Below, piece by piece: positions 10,372-20,728 of a stretch of 64,000 nt of DNA. Each line of letters opens with the position of its first letter. Positions within the stretch are counted from its first letter, which is position 1. Location of the stretch: the NCBI GenBank assembly GCA_963751575.1, contig CAVVUX010000002.1:742208-806207 (forward strand), written 5' to 3'. Position numbers and translations under genes: made by a program. The DNA comes from an uncultured Chloroflexia bacterium. GTDB taxonomy: Bacteria > Chloroflexota > Anaerolineae > Anaerolineales > UBA11858. A model generated the notes under the pieces. That model did not search any database. It had not been told where the DNA came from and saw only the letters and a list, made by a program, of their open reading frames with translations.

Positions 10372-10671
10372 ATGGGTACTAAAAATAGTTTGCCGAAAGA
10401 TTTGTTACATGTAGAGAGCCGGCTGAAAGATGTTTTGCAGCCTGTTCACCCCAGAGCGGGTTTTGTTGAAGATCTCCGGATCCAGCTTGATGAGGAAATG
10501 GTTCTGAAAATGAAATCCAGAAAGGTGAAAATGGGCTTGTTGCTAGCCGGTGGGATCGTTGGCGCAGCAGTCATGGTGGTCACTCTGATCAAATCGATCA
10601 TGACCTGGCCGAAATTGATCCAATCTCTCCTTGGTAAATTGCGCAAAAGACCCCAGGCAGCATCTGCGTAA
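10372..10671 (+). CDS. Small single-pass membrane protein (possible anti-sigma-like)
   Basis: 99 aa; ESRLKDVLQPVHPRAGFVEDLRIQL followed by one TM helix; starts 1 nt after the DegV stop. Confidence 0.65.
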   Translation: MGTKNSLPKDLLHVESRLKDVLQPVHPRAGFVEDLRIQLDEEMVLKMKSRKVKMGLLLAGGIVGAAVMVVTLIKSIMTWPKLIQSLLGKLRKRPQAASA

Positions 10672-10720
10672 GAAATCCTTTCGGTTAGGGTCAATACACA
10701 AGAATAAGATAACGGTATCC

Positions 10721-10756
10721 AAAACCCGGATCAAATCATGGTTCGGGTTTTTGTTT
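10721..10756 (+). terminator. Intrinsic terminator
   Basis: AAAACCCGGATC-loop-GGTTCGGGTTTTTGTTT after the sigma-DegV operon. Confidence 0.7.
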
Positions 10757-10919
10757 GGATTGTGAGTATAAATTATATATAAAACGTTTCAACACTGAAT
10801 TTCCTGAGATAACTATGCTACAATTTTTTCCATGAAGGAAGCATATTGCACCACTGAAAATATTGCTGAAATATCATCTGAGTTGGTTAAAGAATATGCC
10901 AATCCATGAAAGTTGAAAT

Positions 10920-11953
10920 ATGAGAGAAATAATCGATCAAATCGCTGATTGGCTTCACACCGGCCAATCTATTGCTGTGGCTTCTGTGGTCAAGACTTGG
11001 GGTTCCTCACCCAGGCAAGCTGGAGCTGTGATGGCTGTTAGTCAGGACGGGCAAATTGCAGGATCTGTTAGCGGTGGCTGTGTAGAGGGTGCTGTGATCC
11101 AGGCAGCAAAAGAAGTCATAGAGACAAATTTACCGGTCAGGCTGCAATATGGTGTGGCTGATGCTGATGCCTGGGAGGTAGGTTTGGCCTGCGGGGGAGA
11201 GATAGAGATCTTTGTTAGGCCTTTCTTCTCCAAAAATTTGGAAGGTTGGATCAAAGCCTTAGATTCTAAAACTTCATTCTGTGCGGTGATGATAATTAAT
11301 TCTGATAGAGAATATGGCGGTCAGGAATCATTCCTTTTCCAGGATGGAACATTTTACAATGCTGATCCTCATTCTGTGTCCTTAACCAACCTGAAGGACA
11401 TAGCTGGCAAAACACTCTTAAGCGGAAAATCGGCAGCGGTCGTTCTTCCCAGAATGAAGAAATAGAATTATTTGTGACAGTTTTGAATCTCCCTCTAGAT
11501 CTGATCCTTGTTGGCGGCGTCCACCTGACTCAGCCCCTGGTCAGAATTGCAGAAATTATGGGTTTTAACATCACTGTGATCGATCCTAGAAAATTATTCA
11601 GCACCAGGGAACGATTTCCAGGCGTGAAGTTAATTCCAGAGTGGCCATCGACTGCCTTTAAACAAATTCAACTTTCACCTTCATCTGCCGTTGTCATGCT
11701 GACCCATGATCCAAAAATTGATGATCCAGCGATCCTGATAGCTTTGGAATCCGAAGCTTTTTACGTAGGTGCTCTAGGAAGTAAAAACACACATCAAAAA
11801 AGAATGGAGCGTTTACGGGAAGCAGGTGCTGCTGAAGCAAACCTGGTCAGGATCCACGCTCCAGTGGGATTGGACCTGGGTGGCAGATCTCCTCAAGAGA
11901 TCGCTCTCTCCATTGTCGCTCAAATCGTCGAAGTCTGGAATAAGTCTGCTTGA
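10920..11953 (+). CDS. xdhC: XdhC/CoxI family molybdenum-hydroxylase maturation factor (one frameshift near 11450)
   Basis: N-half TWGSSPRQAGA, GSVSGGCVEG, AWEVGLACGGEI; C-half LTHDPKIDDP, YVGALGS, RIHAPVGLDLGGRSPQEIALSI in the next frame. Confidence 0.88.
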
Positions 11954-12006
11954 TGTTATCTGATATCTTTCTGGAATTGGGTCTATAATCAAAATATAAT
12001 AAATAT

Positions 12007-12858
12007 ATGACTGATATCAGCCTGGCGCTTGGCGGAGGTGGCTCAAAGGGTTATGCCCATCTGGGTGTGATCAGAGGTCTTCAGGCTGCGGGGTTCCGGA
12101 TCAAAGCTGTGGCAGGTACGAGTGCTGGCGGGTTGGCAGCCTGTGTCTTTGCGGCAGGTTATTCCCCTGACGAAATAATAGAAAGAATAAGCAGCCTGCC
12201 GCAGGATAATCTTTACGGTTTTGGCCGGGGACCTGCATTGCTGGGCAACAAAGGAATCCAGAATATTCTGGCAGGGTTCCTGGGGGAGATGGTATTCTCT
12301 GATTTAAAAATTCCCTGTGCAGTGGTTGCAGTAGACCTGGTCAATATGGCTGAGGTTGTTCTTAACCAGGGCAGGGTGATTGATGCAGTCATGGCAACCA
12401 GTGCAGTCCCTGGAATATTCCCACCCCTGGAGTGGAAGGATCAGGTGCTGGTTGATGGGATGGTACTCAATCCAGTTCCTGTCGGTCTGGCGCGTTCCAT
12501 GGCACCGAAACTTCCAGTGATTGCTGTCACATTAACTGCAGAACCTGACCGCTGGAAAATCTCATCTCCTTGGGAAACTGTACCGATCAATCCACTGATC
12601 AGGCCTATCTCAAAACTGAGGGTTGCCAAAGCATTTGATATTTATATGCGGTCGATGGATACAGCATTACATATGCTGGGTGAGATCAGGCTAGAAGCTG
12701 ATAAACCTGATCTTATCATCAGGCCGGAAGTATCCAGTATTGGATCCCTCGAAAGGGTAGATATACAAAAAGTAGCTGAGTTGGGTGATCAGGCAGTGGT
12801 CGATGTCAGATTTGCTCTTCAAAAATTATCAAGAAAGAATAATTGGTTTAAACGATAA
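12007..12858 (+). CDS. Patatin-like phospholipase (RssA-like)
   Basis: LALGGGGSKGYAHLG, GTSAG (GxSxG), LVDG. Confidence 0.92.
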   Translation: MTDISLALGGGGSKGYAHLGVIRGLQAAGFRIKAVAGTSAGGLAACVFAAGYSPDEIIERISSLPQDNLYGFGRGPALLGNKGIQNILAGFLGEMVFSDLKIPCAVVAVDLVNMAEVVLNQGRVIDAVMATSAVPGIFPPLEWKDQVLVDGMVLNPVPVGLARSMAPKLPVIAVTLTAEPDRWKISSPWETVPINPLIRPISKLRVAKAFDIYMRSMDTALHMLGEIRLEADKPDLIIRPEVSSIGSLERVDIQKVAELGDQAVVDVRFALQKLSRKNNWFKR

Positions 12859-13090
12859 ATACTCCAGCAGTCAACGTGGTTCCTGTTGATCTTCTTCCTG
12901 AGAGCATCAAAACCTGACCTACTTCACCGCGAGCTGCAGGATCGTATCAACCAATCCTCTGGTAGCTCATCTACATTCTCCTTTTAATACCCTGGTATGG
13001 AATGATCTTGTTTCATTTAAGCGTATTTTTTATTTGGGGTAGAATAAGCCTAGTCAAGCGAAACCAGGATTCTTACTGCCATTTTCCGAT

Positions 13091-14359
13091 ATGAAAATTA
13101 CAGGGCTGAAACTGAAATACAGGGTAATTCCATATATCATACCTGTTGTGTTCATTCTACAACTGGTATCTCCCAGAAAAGTCTGGATGATCCTGCTTGT
13201 CGGCCTCAGCTTCGCCTATGCGCTAAGTTATGCCTGGGCTGTTTCACTAAAAGCCCGTTTAAGCTTATCCCGAGAGATGCGTTTTGGATGGTCTCAGGTG
13301 GGTGATCATTTGCAGGAAAGGTTCAACTTGGATAACAGCGGTTGGGCTCCAGCGACCTGGTTGTACCTGGAGGACCATTCAGACCTGGCAGGTTATAGTG
13401 GTAGCAGAGTCACAAGGATTGGGGGAAATTCTCATCGGCAGTGGTTTGAACGGGGTGTCTGTGAGCGCAGAGGGCTTTACACCATAGGTCCCACAGTTAT
13501 CTATACCGGTGACCCGCTGGGTATATTTGAAGTGAAGATTGAATATTTGGCAACCAGCAACATGATGGTCATGCCGCCAATTGTTTCGCTGCCGGAAATT
13601 CAGATCGCGCCAGGTGGAAAAATTGGGGAAGGCATCAATATTACAAAATCCTGGGATCACACGGTCACAGCCTCTGGTGTGCGTGAATACAAACCGGGAG
13701 ACAGCCTGAGATATATCCATTGGCCGACATCTGCCCGGAGACCGGAGCTGTATGTGCGGACATTTGACAGCACACCAACCAGCGACCAGTGGCTATTTAT
13801 GGACATGAACGCAGAAGTCCATGCTGGAGAAGGCGATAATGCATCAGAAGAGCATGGCATCATCCTGGCTGCTTCTTTAATGAATTGGTCGCTTGAAAAC
13901 GGACGTGCTGTAGGTTTAGGAGCCAATGGTCATGATCTTTCCTGGTACAAACCAAGAGCTGATGAAACTCAAAAATGGACAATTCTCAGAGCGCTAGCCT
14001 TGCTGGAAAAAGGAGACCAATCGCTTATGCGGTTGCTGGAAGTAGCCCGGCAGTCAATCCGGTTCAGATCAAGTCTGATCATCATCACGCCGGATCTGAG
14101 TGGTAGCTGGTTGAGCCCGGTTTTATTGATGCGGAAGAAGGGCATTATTCCAACAATATTGCTGTTGAATGCTCCAAAATTTGGTGGTCAAGGGAATGCT
14201 CTTCAGCTTCAGACGAGATTAATTTCACTTGGATTGAATAATTATTTGATCAATCCGGATTACCTGGATAATCTGGTTGTCCAATTATCTCCAGCAACTC
14301 AGAAGCGCAGAGAGGAATTCAAGGATGCTCGGAAAGTTCATTGGAGGCCGCTGATTTGA
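13091..14359 (+). CDS. DUF58 domain protein (MoxR-associated)
   Basis: RRGLYTIGP...GDPLGIF, GVREYKPGDSLRYIHWPTSAR...LYVRTF. Confidence 0.9.
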   Translation: MKITGLKLKYRVIPYIIPVVFILQLVSPRKVWMILLVGLSFAYALSYAWAVSLKARLSLSREMRFGWSQVGDHLQERFNLDNSGWAPATWLYLEDHSDLAGYSGSRVTRIGGNSHRQWFERGVCERRGLYTIGPTVIYTGDPLGIFEVKIEYLATSNMMVMPPIVSLPEIQIAPGGKIGEGINITKSWDHTVTASGVREYKPGDSLRYIHWPTSARRPELYVRTFDSTPTSDQWLFMDMNAEVHAGEGDNASEEHGIILAASLMNWSLENGRAVGLGANGHDLSWYKPRADETQKWTILRALALLEKGDQSLMRLLEVARQSIRFRSSLIIITPDLSGSWLSPVLLMRKKGIIPTILLLNAPKFGGQGNALQLQTRLISLGLNNYLINPDYLDNLVVQLSPATQKRREEFKDARKVHWRPLI

Positions 14360-16770
14360 GTGCCCTTCGAACTATTATCCGAAATCGTATATCCTTGACT
14401 TTGATTATCCTCCTGTTCTTGATATACGTAATTATGTACACCGTGGTTCTTGGCGTTGAACTGGTAATAAGAGGCACATCAGTGGAAGTTTTACATTTGA
14501 TGATTGTCCTGGGGATAGGTGTCGGCTGGTTATTGGCTCGATCTCAAATAAAATTTTGGCCAGTGCTCTTTATATCCCTCATATCTGGCTTTGTACTGAC
14601 TGCAGTTCACATCGGTGGCCTCGATGCTGCTGTCAGCGAATTGATCTATGCCGGAGCTGGATATCTCTGGCGCTGGATGACCAGCGGAGATGTTGGAGAT
14701 CCATCCCGGCTGAATTTTGTTCTTTCGGTTATTCAATCAAGGTTTCGTGATGTTGTCTTCAATATCGCCATCTGGGTCAAAGATATTCAAGCAGGTTTTG
14801 CTGTCTATAACCAGATCAGCACTTTACTGACTTGGGGCTTCTTGCTCTGGCTGCTCTCCTGTTGGATAGCCTGGATCACTAGAAAAAGAAACCTGCCGAT
14901 CTGGGGCATTATTCCAGCTGGGTCATTGTTAGCTATCCTGATGACGTATACTCTCGAAAATAGGATCCTTCTGGTCATATTGCTCGGAGCTGGATTAATC
15001 CTGATTGGCCTGGTAAATCAGGAAGTACAGCAGCGATATTGGAGAACAAAGAAGATCAAAGGAGCAGAGAACGTCAAAGAGCGTTTAGCACTCGTGATTG
15101 TTGGTATTTCCCTGTCCACCATGGTCTTTGCGGGGTTGATGCCTTCGATCAGGGTCAGGGCAATCTCGGATCCTTTTGAAAATTGGATCTATGGTGATCA
15201 AGATGCGGGAGAAGGTGGTGTCGAATCAGGGATTGAGATTGGTTCATTTAACACAGACCTGTACTCAGTTGCGCGGTTTGCGGGACTGCCACGGCAAAAA
15301 TTAATAGGCTCAGGACCTGAGCTGGCCAAGCGTGTGGTCATGCTAGTTTCCTTCCCGACCACGACCTTTGTTAAAACGGAACTGCCCAATGCTGCCAGAT
15401 ATTGGCGCTCATATTCATATGATCAATATACGGGAATCGGCTGGCAGTCCAGCCCGACTATAGAAATTGAGTACAAACCAGGACAGGAGATCAATCAAAT
15501 CGAATCAGATCATTTTGATATTATCACGCAGGAGATCAGGCTCAGCAATTCATTGCGAGGAACCCTTTATTCTGCTGGTCCCCCAGTTACTGTTGATCAA
15601 GATGTGCTTGCGTCATGGCGGTTGGTCAGTGAAGATGATCTAACGGACACCAATCAGACTGCGAGTGTAAATGATCTGTTCGGAATTACAAATGACCATA
15701 TCCTATATCAGGTAAGATCGCTGGTTCCCTCATCAAATGATGCTGATCTGAGACTAGCAATAGAAGATATTCCGGATTGGATCACTGCCCGCTATCTTGG
15801 TCTGCCAGAGACCGTACCGGACCGGGTTCTGGACCTGGCCAGGGAGATTGTTGCCAATCAACCTACGGCGTACGACCAGGCAAAAGCAATTGAAACATTC
15901 CTAAGATCCTATCCTTATACTCTCGAACTTCCATCTCCTCCTGTTGATCGGGATCTGGCAGATTATTTCCTGTTTGATCTGCAGACCGGATATTGTGATT
16001 ATTATGCGACCTCTATGGTTGTTCTAGCACGGGCAATTGGATTACCGTCCAGGGTGGTTGTCGGGTATGTGGGCGGTCAATATGACGAGGAAAATAATCA
16101 TTATCTGGTTACAGAGGCTGATGCCCACACCTGGGTAGAAATATATTTTGGGGTCTATGGCTGGATTCCTTTCGAACCAACTGCTGCCCAATCCCTGATT
16201 GATGAAGACGAGTTGATCTTGCCACTGCCGCCGGAGCTGGAACAACCTCCCCAAATCCTTGAGAATGCTTTCAAAACTGAGGTTCCGGGTTGGGAGCTTG
16301 GGATTGGTGGACTGATATTGGTCGTCATGGGGATCTGGATAGGAAACCAGGTCGATTGGAATCGGATAAAAAAATTGGATCCAGACAGTTTGATCCTGGT
16401 CATTTATCAAAGGTTATACCGTTATGGGCGCTGGTTGGGGCTCGGGCATCAGAAATCTGACACATTGTATGAATTCGCTCAGAATATAAATCGATATATT
16501 ACCCAACTGATCGATAGTCCGGGCCAGGAAAAAAATTTGATCGAAGCCGAGTCTGAGATCAGCAAGCTGACAGAGTATGCTATCATGGCAAATTACAGCC
16601 CGGCTGCTGTTGGAATCGAGCGGACGGGAAAAATCCTGGAAAACTGGAAAAAATTGCGCGGAAGACTTCGATATGCCGTTTGGCTGTCAACCTGGAAGAG
16701 GATAAGTGATCAGGTTTTCCGTCGAGGAGCGGTCACTGAAAACAATGAGGACCTTAGCAATGGAGCCTGA
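14356..16770 (+). CDS. Multi-pass membrane transglutaminase-like (TGc) domain protein
   Basis: N-terminal TM helices, YWRSYSYDQYTGIGW, catalytic GYCDYYATSM, DAHTWVEIYF, WIPFEPT; TTG start overlapping the DUF58 stop, with a GGAGG RBS. Confidence 0.9.
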   Translation: MSALRTIIRNRISLTLIILLFLIYVIMYTVVLGVELVIRGTSVEVLHLMIVLGIGVGWLLARSQIKFWPVLFISLISGFVLTAVHIGGLDAAVSELIYAGAGYLWRWMTSGDVGDPSRLNFVLSVIQSRFRDVVFNIAIWVKDIQAGFAVYNQISTLLTWGFLLWLLSCWIAWITRKRNLPIWGIIPAGSLLAILMTYTLENRILLVILLGAGLILIGLVNQEVQQRYWRTKKIKGAENVKERLALVIVGISLSTMVFAGLMPSIRVRAISDPFENWIYGDQDAGEGGVESGIEIGSFNTDLYSVARFAGLPRQKLIGSGPELAKRVVMLVSFPTTTFVKTELPNAARYWRSYSYDQYTGIGWQSSPTIEIEYKPGQEINQIESDHFDIITQEIRLSNSLRGTLYSAGPPVTVDQDVLASWRLVSEDDLTDTNQTASVNDLFGITNDHILYQVRSLVPSSNDADLRLAIEDIPDWITARYLGLPETVPDRVLDLAREIVANQPTAYDQAKAIETFLRSYPYTLELPSPPVDRDLADYFLFDLQTGYCDYYATSMVVLARAIGLPSRVVVGYVGGQYDEENNHYLVTEADAHTWVEIYFGVYGWIPFEPTAAQSLIDEDELILPLPPELEQPPQILENAFKTEVPGWELGIGGLILVVMGIWIGNQVDWNRIKKLDPDSLILVIYQRLYRYGRWLGLGHQKSDTLYEFAQNINRYITQLIDSPGQEKNLIEAESEISKLTEYAIMANYSPAAVGIERTGKILENWKKLRGRLRYAVWLSTWKRISDQVFRRGAVTENNEDLSNGA

Positions 16771-17725
16771 GATGGATAAAGTAAAAGATTTAACAACACA
16801 ATTGGTGCAGAACATAGAAAATGTCATTATTGGGAAGAGAAAGGCTGTCCAGCTGGTTGTGCTGGGATTGATATGTGAAGGCCATGTACTTATTGAAGAT
16901 GTTCCCGGGGTTGGTAAAACTATGCTGGCCAGAAGCCTTGCCCGCTCGTTGAACTGTTCTTTTAATCGCATTCAATGCACCCCGGATATGCTTCCCAGTG
17001 ATATTACCGGTGTAGATATCTACGACCAATCGACCAGTACATTCAAATTTCTCCCTGGTCCTATATTGAACCAGATAGTTTTAGCAGATGAGATCAATCG
17101 AGCTACACCAAAAACTCAATCCGCCCTGTTAGAGGCTATGGAGGAGAGGCAGGTGACGATTGGTGGTAAAACTCACTCGATCCCGGCTCCATTTATGGTG
17201 CTGGCGACCCAAAATCCTATTGAATATGAGGGGACTTTTCCTCTTCCCGAAGCTCAGCTCGACAGATTCCTGGTGAAGGTCAGTATTGGTTATCCCGGGA
17301 TCACAGAAGAGATTTCGGTCATTGAAAAACAGCAGCTGGTGCATCCGATCGATTCCGTAGATGCTGTGACTTCCGCCAAAGAGATCTTGGTGGTTCAAAA
17401 ACGTATCAAGGAGGTATTTATCGCAGATTCGATCAAGAAGTATATTGTGGAAATCACCCAGGAAACCAGGTCAGCCGATTCGGTCTATTTAGGAGCGAGC
17501 CCTCGCGGCAGCCTGGCATTGGCCAGGGCTAGCCAGGCCTGGGCAGCTATGTATGGTCGCGATTTTGTGATTCCTGATGATGTTAAATTACTTGCTGAAG
17601 CCACCTTGGGACACAGGGTGATCTTAAGCTCATCAGCAAGATTGCAGGAACTGCGAACAGGTGATTTGATCCGCGATATTCTCCGGAAAGTGCCTGTTCC
17701 GGGTGGGGATTACCGCGGTGACTAA
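16760..17725 (+). CDS. moxR: MoxR family AAA+ ATPase
   Basis: GHVLIEDVPGVGKT, RIQCTPDMLPSDITG, LADEINRATPKTQSALLEAM, ATQNPIEYEGTFPLPEAQLDRF. Confidence 0.95.
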   Translation: MEPEMDKVKDLTTQLVQNIENVIIGKRKAVQLVVLGLICEGHVLIEDVPGVGKTMLARSLARSLNCSFNRIQCTPDMLPSDITGVDIYDQSTSTFKFLPGPILNQIVLADEINRATPKTQSALLEAMEERQVTIGGKTHSIPAPFMVLATQNPIEYEGTFPLPEAQLDRFLVKVSIGYPGITEEISVIEKQQLVHPIDSVDAVTSAKEILVVQKRIKEVFIADSIKKYIVEITQETRSADSVYLGASPRGSLALARASQAWAAMYGRDFVIPDDVKLLAEATLGHRVILSSSARLQELRTGDLIRDILRKVPVPGGDYRGD

Positions 17726-17948
17726 AGATTTACGGGAATACACACAAAATACTCAAAATCGGCTGATAGGGGGATTTTTGATCCTGGTCTTTCTGGTAGG
17801 TGATGGCTTGATCTACCTGTTTTACGGACAAGGTGCTGCCTTGGTCGGCCTGGGATGCCTGGTAGGGGCATTGCTGCCTGTCGGCATCGTGGTCCTTTTT
17901 TTATGGTTGATAGATAAATCTGTCAAGAATCGAAACGATCATTCGTGA
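17718..17948 (+). CDS. Small two-helix membrane protein, hypothetical
   Basis: GTG start overlaps the moxR end; two hydrophobic segments; ends at a terminator. Confidence 0.65.
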   Translation: MTKDLREYTQNTQNRLIGGFLILVFLVGDGLIYLFYGQGAALVGLGCLVGALLPVGIVVLFLWLIDKSVKNRNDHS

Positions 17949-17990
17949 TAAAAAAAACGGGATCTCGAGTAGATCCCGTTTTTTTTATCA
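17946..17990. terminator. Bidirectional intrinsic terminator (perfect 20-bp inverted repeat)
   Basis: TGATAAAAAAAACGGGATCT-cgagt-AGATCCCGTTTTTTTTATCA; its ends are the TGA stops of both convergent genes. Confidence 0.9.
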
Positions 17991-19858
17991 GAGGGAAGCG
18001 TTAAGTATTTCGACCAGGTCCAGGACCTGGACGTTTTCAGTGAGCCCTTTTGTCCGCAGGGCATCATCGAACATGATCAAGCAGTAAGGGCAGGCGGTGG
18101 TTATGGTATCCGCTTCAATTTCAAGGGCATGATTTAATCGATTCTGGTTGATGCGGGTCTCGGCAGATGTTTCCAGCCACATCGCGCCCCCACCACCACC
18201 GCAGCAGAAGCTATTCTCCCGGTTAGATTTCATTTCGACGGGTTTTAGATCGATCTGAGAAAGGATTTTCCTTGGCTGCGCATAGACATCATGATAGCGT
18301 CCAAGGTAGCAGGAATCGTGAAAAGTAAGTTTGCCATACTTATTTTTTTCGGTTGGGTTTAAATCCATTTCATGCAATCTATCAGCCAGGAATTCAGAAG
18401 CATGGAGAACCTTAAAATTCCCACCATATCTAGGATATTCATCCCGGAAAGTGTTTAAACCGTGCGGGCAGAGGGTCACCAGAGTATTAAATGTGTATTC
18501 AGCGAAGAGTTTGATATTCTCTTCCGCAGCAACCTGGAAAAGATACTCATTGCCCATTCTGCGGGTAGTTTCTCCGCAGCACATCTCGGCATCACCCAGG
18601 ATACCGTAATCCACACCGAGTTTATTAAGGACTTCAATAAAAGCCCGGGTAACCTTTTGATTGCGATCATCAAATGAACCGGCACATCCAATATAATAGA
18701 GGACATCAACCTGATCGCCCGGATTTAGGACCCGAACATTTAAACCATCTGCCCACTTCATCCGGTTTTGTCCCGGCATGCCCCATGGATTTCCCTGGCG
18801 TTCGAAATTCCTCAATGTTTCGCCAACAGTGGCCGGAACATCCCCGGTCATCAAGACCTGGGCTCTCCTGATATCCATTACCTGTTCCGGTGGCCGGATA
18901 AATGCTGGACAAACATCAAGGCAGTGTCCGCAGGTTGTGCAGGACCATAAAAACTCATCTTTCAGAATCTCCGGATTCAGATTTCCGTTTGCTCCATCAA
19001 GGGATAGAAGCAGAGATTCAGCCATGGTTTCTCTGAGCATATACAACAAGGTTCGGGGGGAATAATTCAGTCCGCTGATCGTCGCAGGGCAGACCTGTTC
19101 ACAGCGACCACACTGAAGGCAGGCATCAAAAGCCAGTAAATTTAGTGATGAAAATTCCTTGATATGCAGTGGCGCCTAGATCTTCAGCATTCATGATATC
19201 TTCAATGGTTTCCAGTTCACCCTTCTGTCGATCGGTTTTAAGGAATATGTGGATCGGGAGTGAAGATCATATGGCGCATTTTTGTGAACGGAATGCTGGC
19301 AGCGATCAGCAGGCCAAGGCCGACATGCAGAATAAAGATATAAGGGTGGATCTCAGCAGCTTGAGTGGTCGTCAGCGCAGTATTTTGAATTAAACCCGCA
19401 GTCCAGTTTCCGATCGGAGACCAGGCAGCCCAATCAGGTTTCCTGATGAAGATGCGTAATCCTTCGGTAAAAAATCCAACTAGTGGAATTAAACCCAGCA
19501 GAACCAGGGCGTAATAGTCATCCCAGGAATTTTCCATATAATCTGGTTTGATAACCAAGCGGCGGATCAACGCCATCAGGACCCCAGCCAGAATGAATAC
19601 GCCGGCCAGATCCATGATCAGTTCATAAGCAAAATAGACATTTTCTGAGAAAAGGGGCCATGTGAAAGGGACAAATAACCCCATTTGCATGATCTTGATC
19701 GCAGTCCCTATTACCTGGATAAGAACTCCCCAGAATATCAGCAGGTGCATGATACCCGGATAGATTTTTTTTATTGTTCGAACCTGGCCCAGCGCATAGA
19801 GCAAGGTTTCTCCCAGTCTTGACCAGGGATTTGATATTCGTTTTTCAGTGGTTGTCAT
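17988..19858 (-). CDS. Membrane-bound heterodisulfide-reductase-like Fe-S oxidoreductase (NarI-type cytochrome b domain + 2x[4Fe-4S] + 2 CCG domains; HdrF/EMO/FadF-like); two frameshifts at about 19170-19260
   Basis: YPGIMHLLIFWG and EIHPYIFILHVG TM His residues, PFTKMRHM, CLQCGRCEQVCP, CTTCGHCLDVCP, YYIGC..MCCG..LCPHG, FHDSC..FCCGGGGG..ACPYC. Start ATGA overlaps the Rieske stop. Confidence 0.88.
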
Positions 19859-20292
19859 GCGGAACCTCCAATGAAAATCTCTCCATTTGTAATGGTCAGG
19901 GTGATCTTTTCCAGAGGCTGCGGTGGGGGACCAGAGATAACATCCCCCTCAAGGGGTTCAAAGTATCCTTCATGGCAGGGGCAGTGGATCTCCTGGGCAG
20001 CGCTGTCCCATTTGCAGATACAGGCAAAATGTGTGCAGACTGCAGAATAAGCTTTGATCCCTTCGGTCTGTGTGGATAACGAGGGCAGGGTAGCGCCCAA
20101 AGGGAACAGTGATGCTTTCACCGGGTGGCATGTCATCCACAGTTCCGACCCGGACGGGGTCTGATGGGACTTCTTCCAGGCTGGGGGGATAAAAATAGGC
20201 AATAAATGGTCCCAGCAAGTGCTGTCAATCCTGTAGCTGCCAGTCCCTTTTTGATCACATTGAAAAAGTCACGTCGTGGTTATTGAACTCAT
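19855..20292 (-). CDS. petC: Rieske [2Fe-2S] subunit of a Rieske/cytb complex (three single-base frameshifts)
   Basis: Reconstructed MSSITRRDFF (Tat motif) + TM, box I CTHFAC, box II CPCHEGYF, Pro loop SGPPPQPL; ATG immediately follows the subunit IV stop. Confidence 0.88.
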
Positions 20293-20690
20293 TTAGCTCA
20301 CCTCCCCCCAGATCGTCAGGGCAATAAGAACGATCATTCCAACCACTGAAATCCAGAATCTGATCCGGATGTTCTTTTTTGATTGTATCAGGTTTGTTGT
20401 CAAGGAATGGCCAGATCAATAATAGTAGAATCAGGACAACTGGAAATGTGGCCCCGATCGTTTCAGGGATATATCGCAAGAGCTGATAAAGAGACAGGAA
20501 ATACCATTCGGGTTTGATATGGTCGGGAGTATCCATTGGATCAGCTGGCGCTCCTAATCCTACAGGAGCAAATAAACCGATCACACCAATGATTATGACC
20601 AGGATACCGAAGACCAAGGCGACTTTTGCTTCAAGCGCTAGGTGATCTGGATAAAATGGGACTGACTTTTTCTGATTGATTTTCTGACAT
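20293..20690 (-). CDS. petD: Cytochrome b6f/bc subunit IV (C-terminal part of split cytochrome b); probable frameshifts near both ends
   Basis: PFYPDHL, LGAPADPMDTPDHIKPEWYFLSLYQLLRYIP (PEWY motif), WPFLD; third TM RFWISVVGMIVLIALTIWGEVS* in the adjacent frame. Confidence 0.88.
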
Positions 20691-20728
20691 AACATTACTC
20701 CCAGTTAGTGATTTCCTGATCCAACACT

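Noticed and set aside
12859..13090. Possible ncRNA in the 230-nt gap after patatin
   Set aside because: Only weak imperfect hairpins and no recognisable family; insufficient support.
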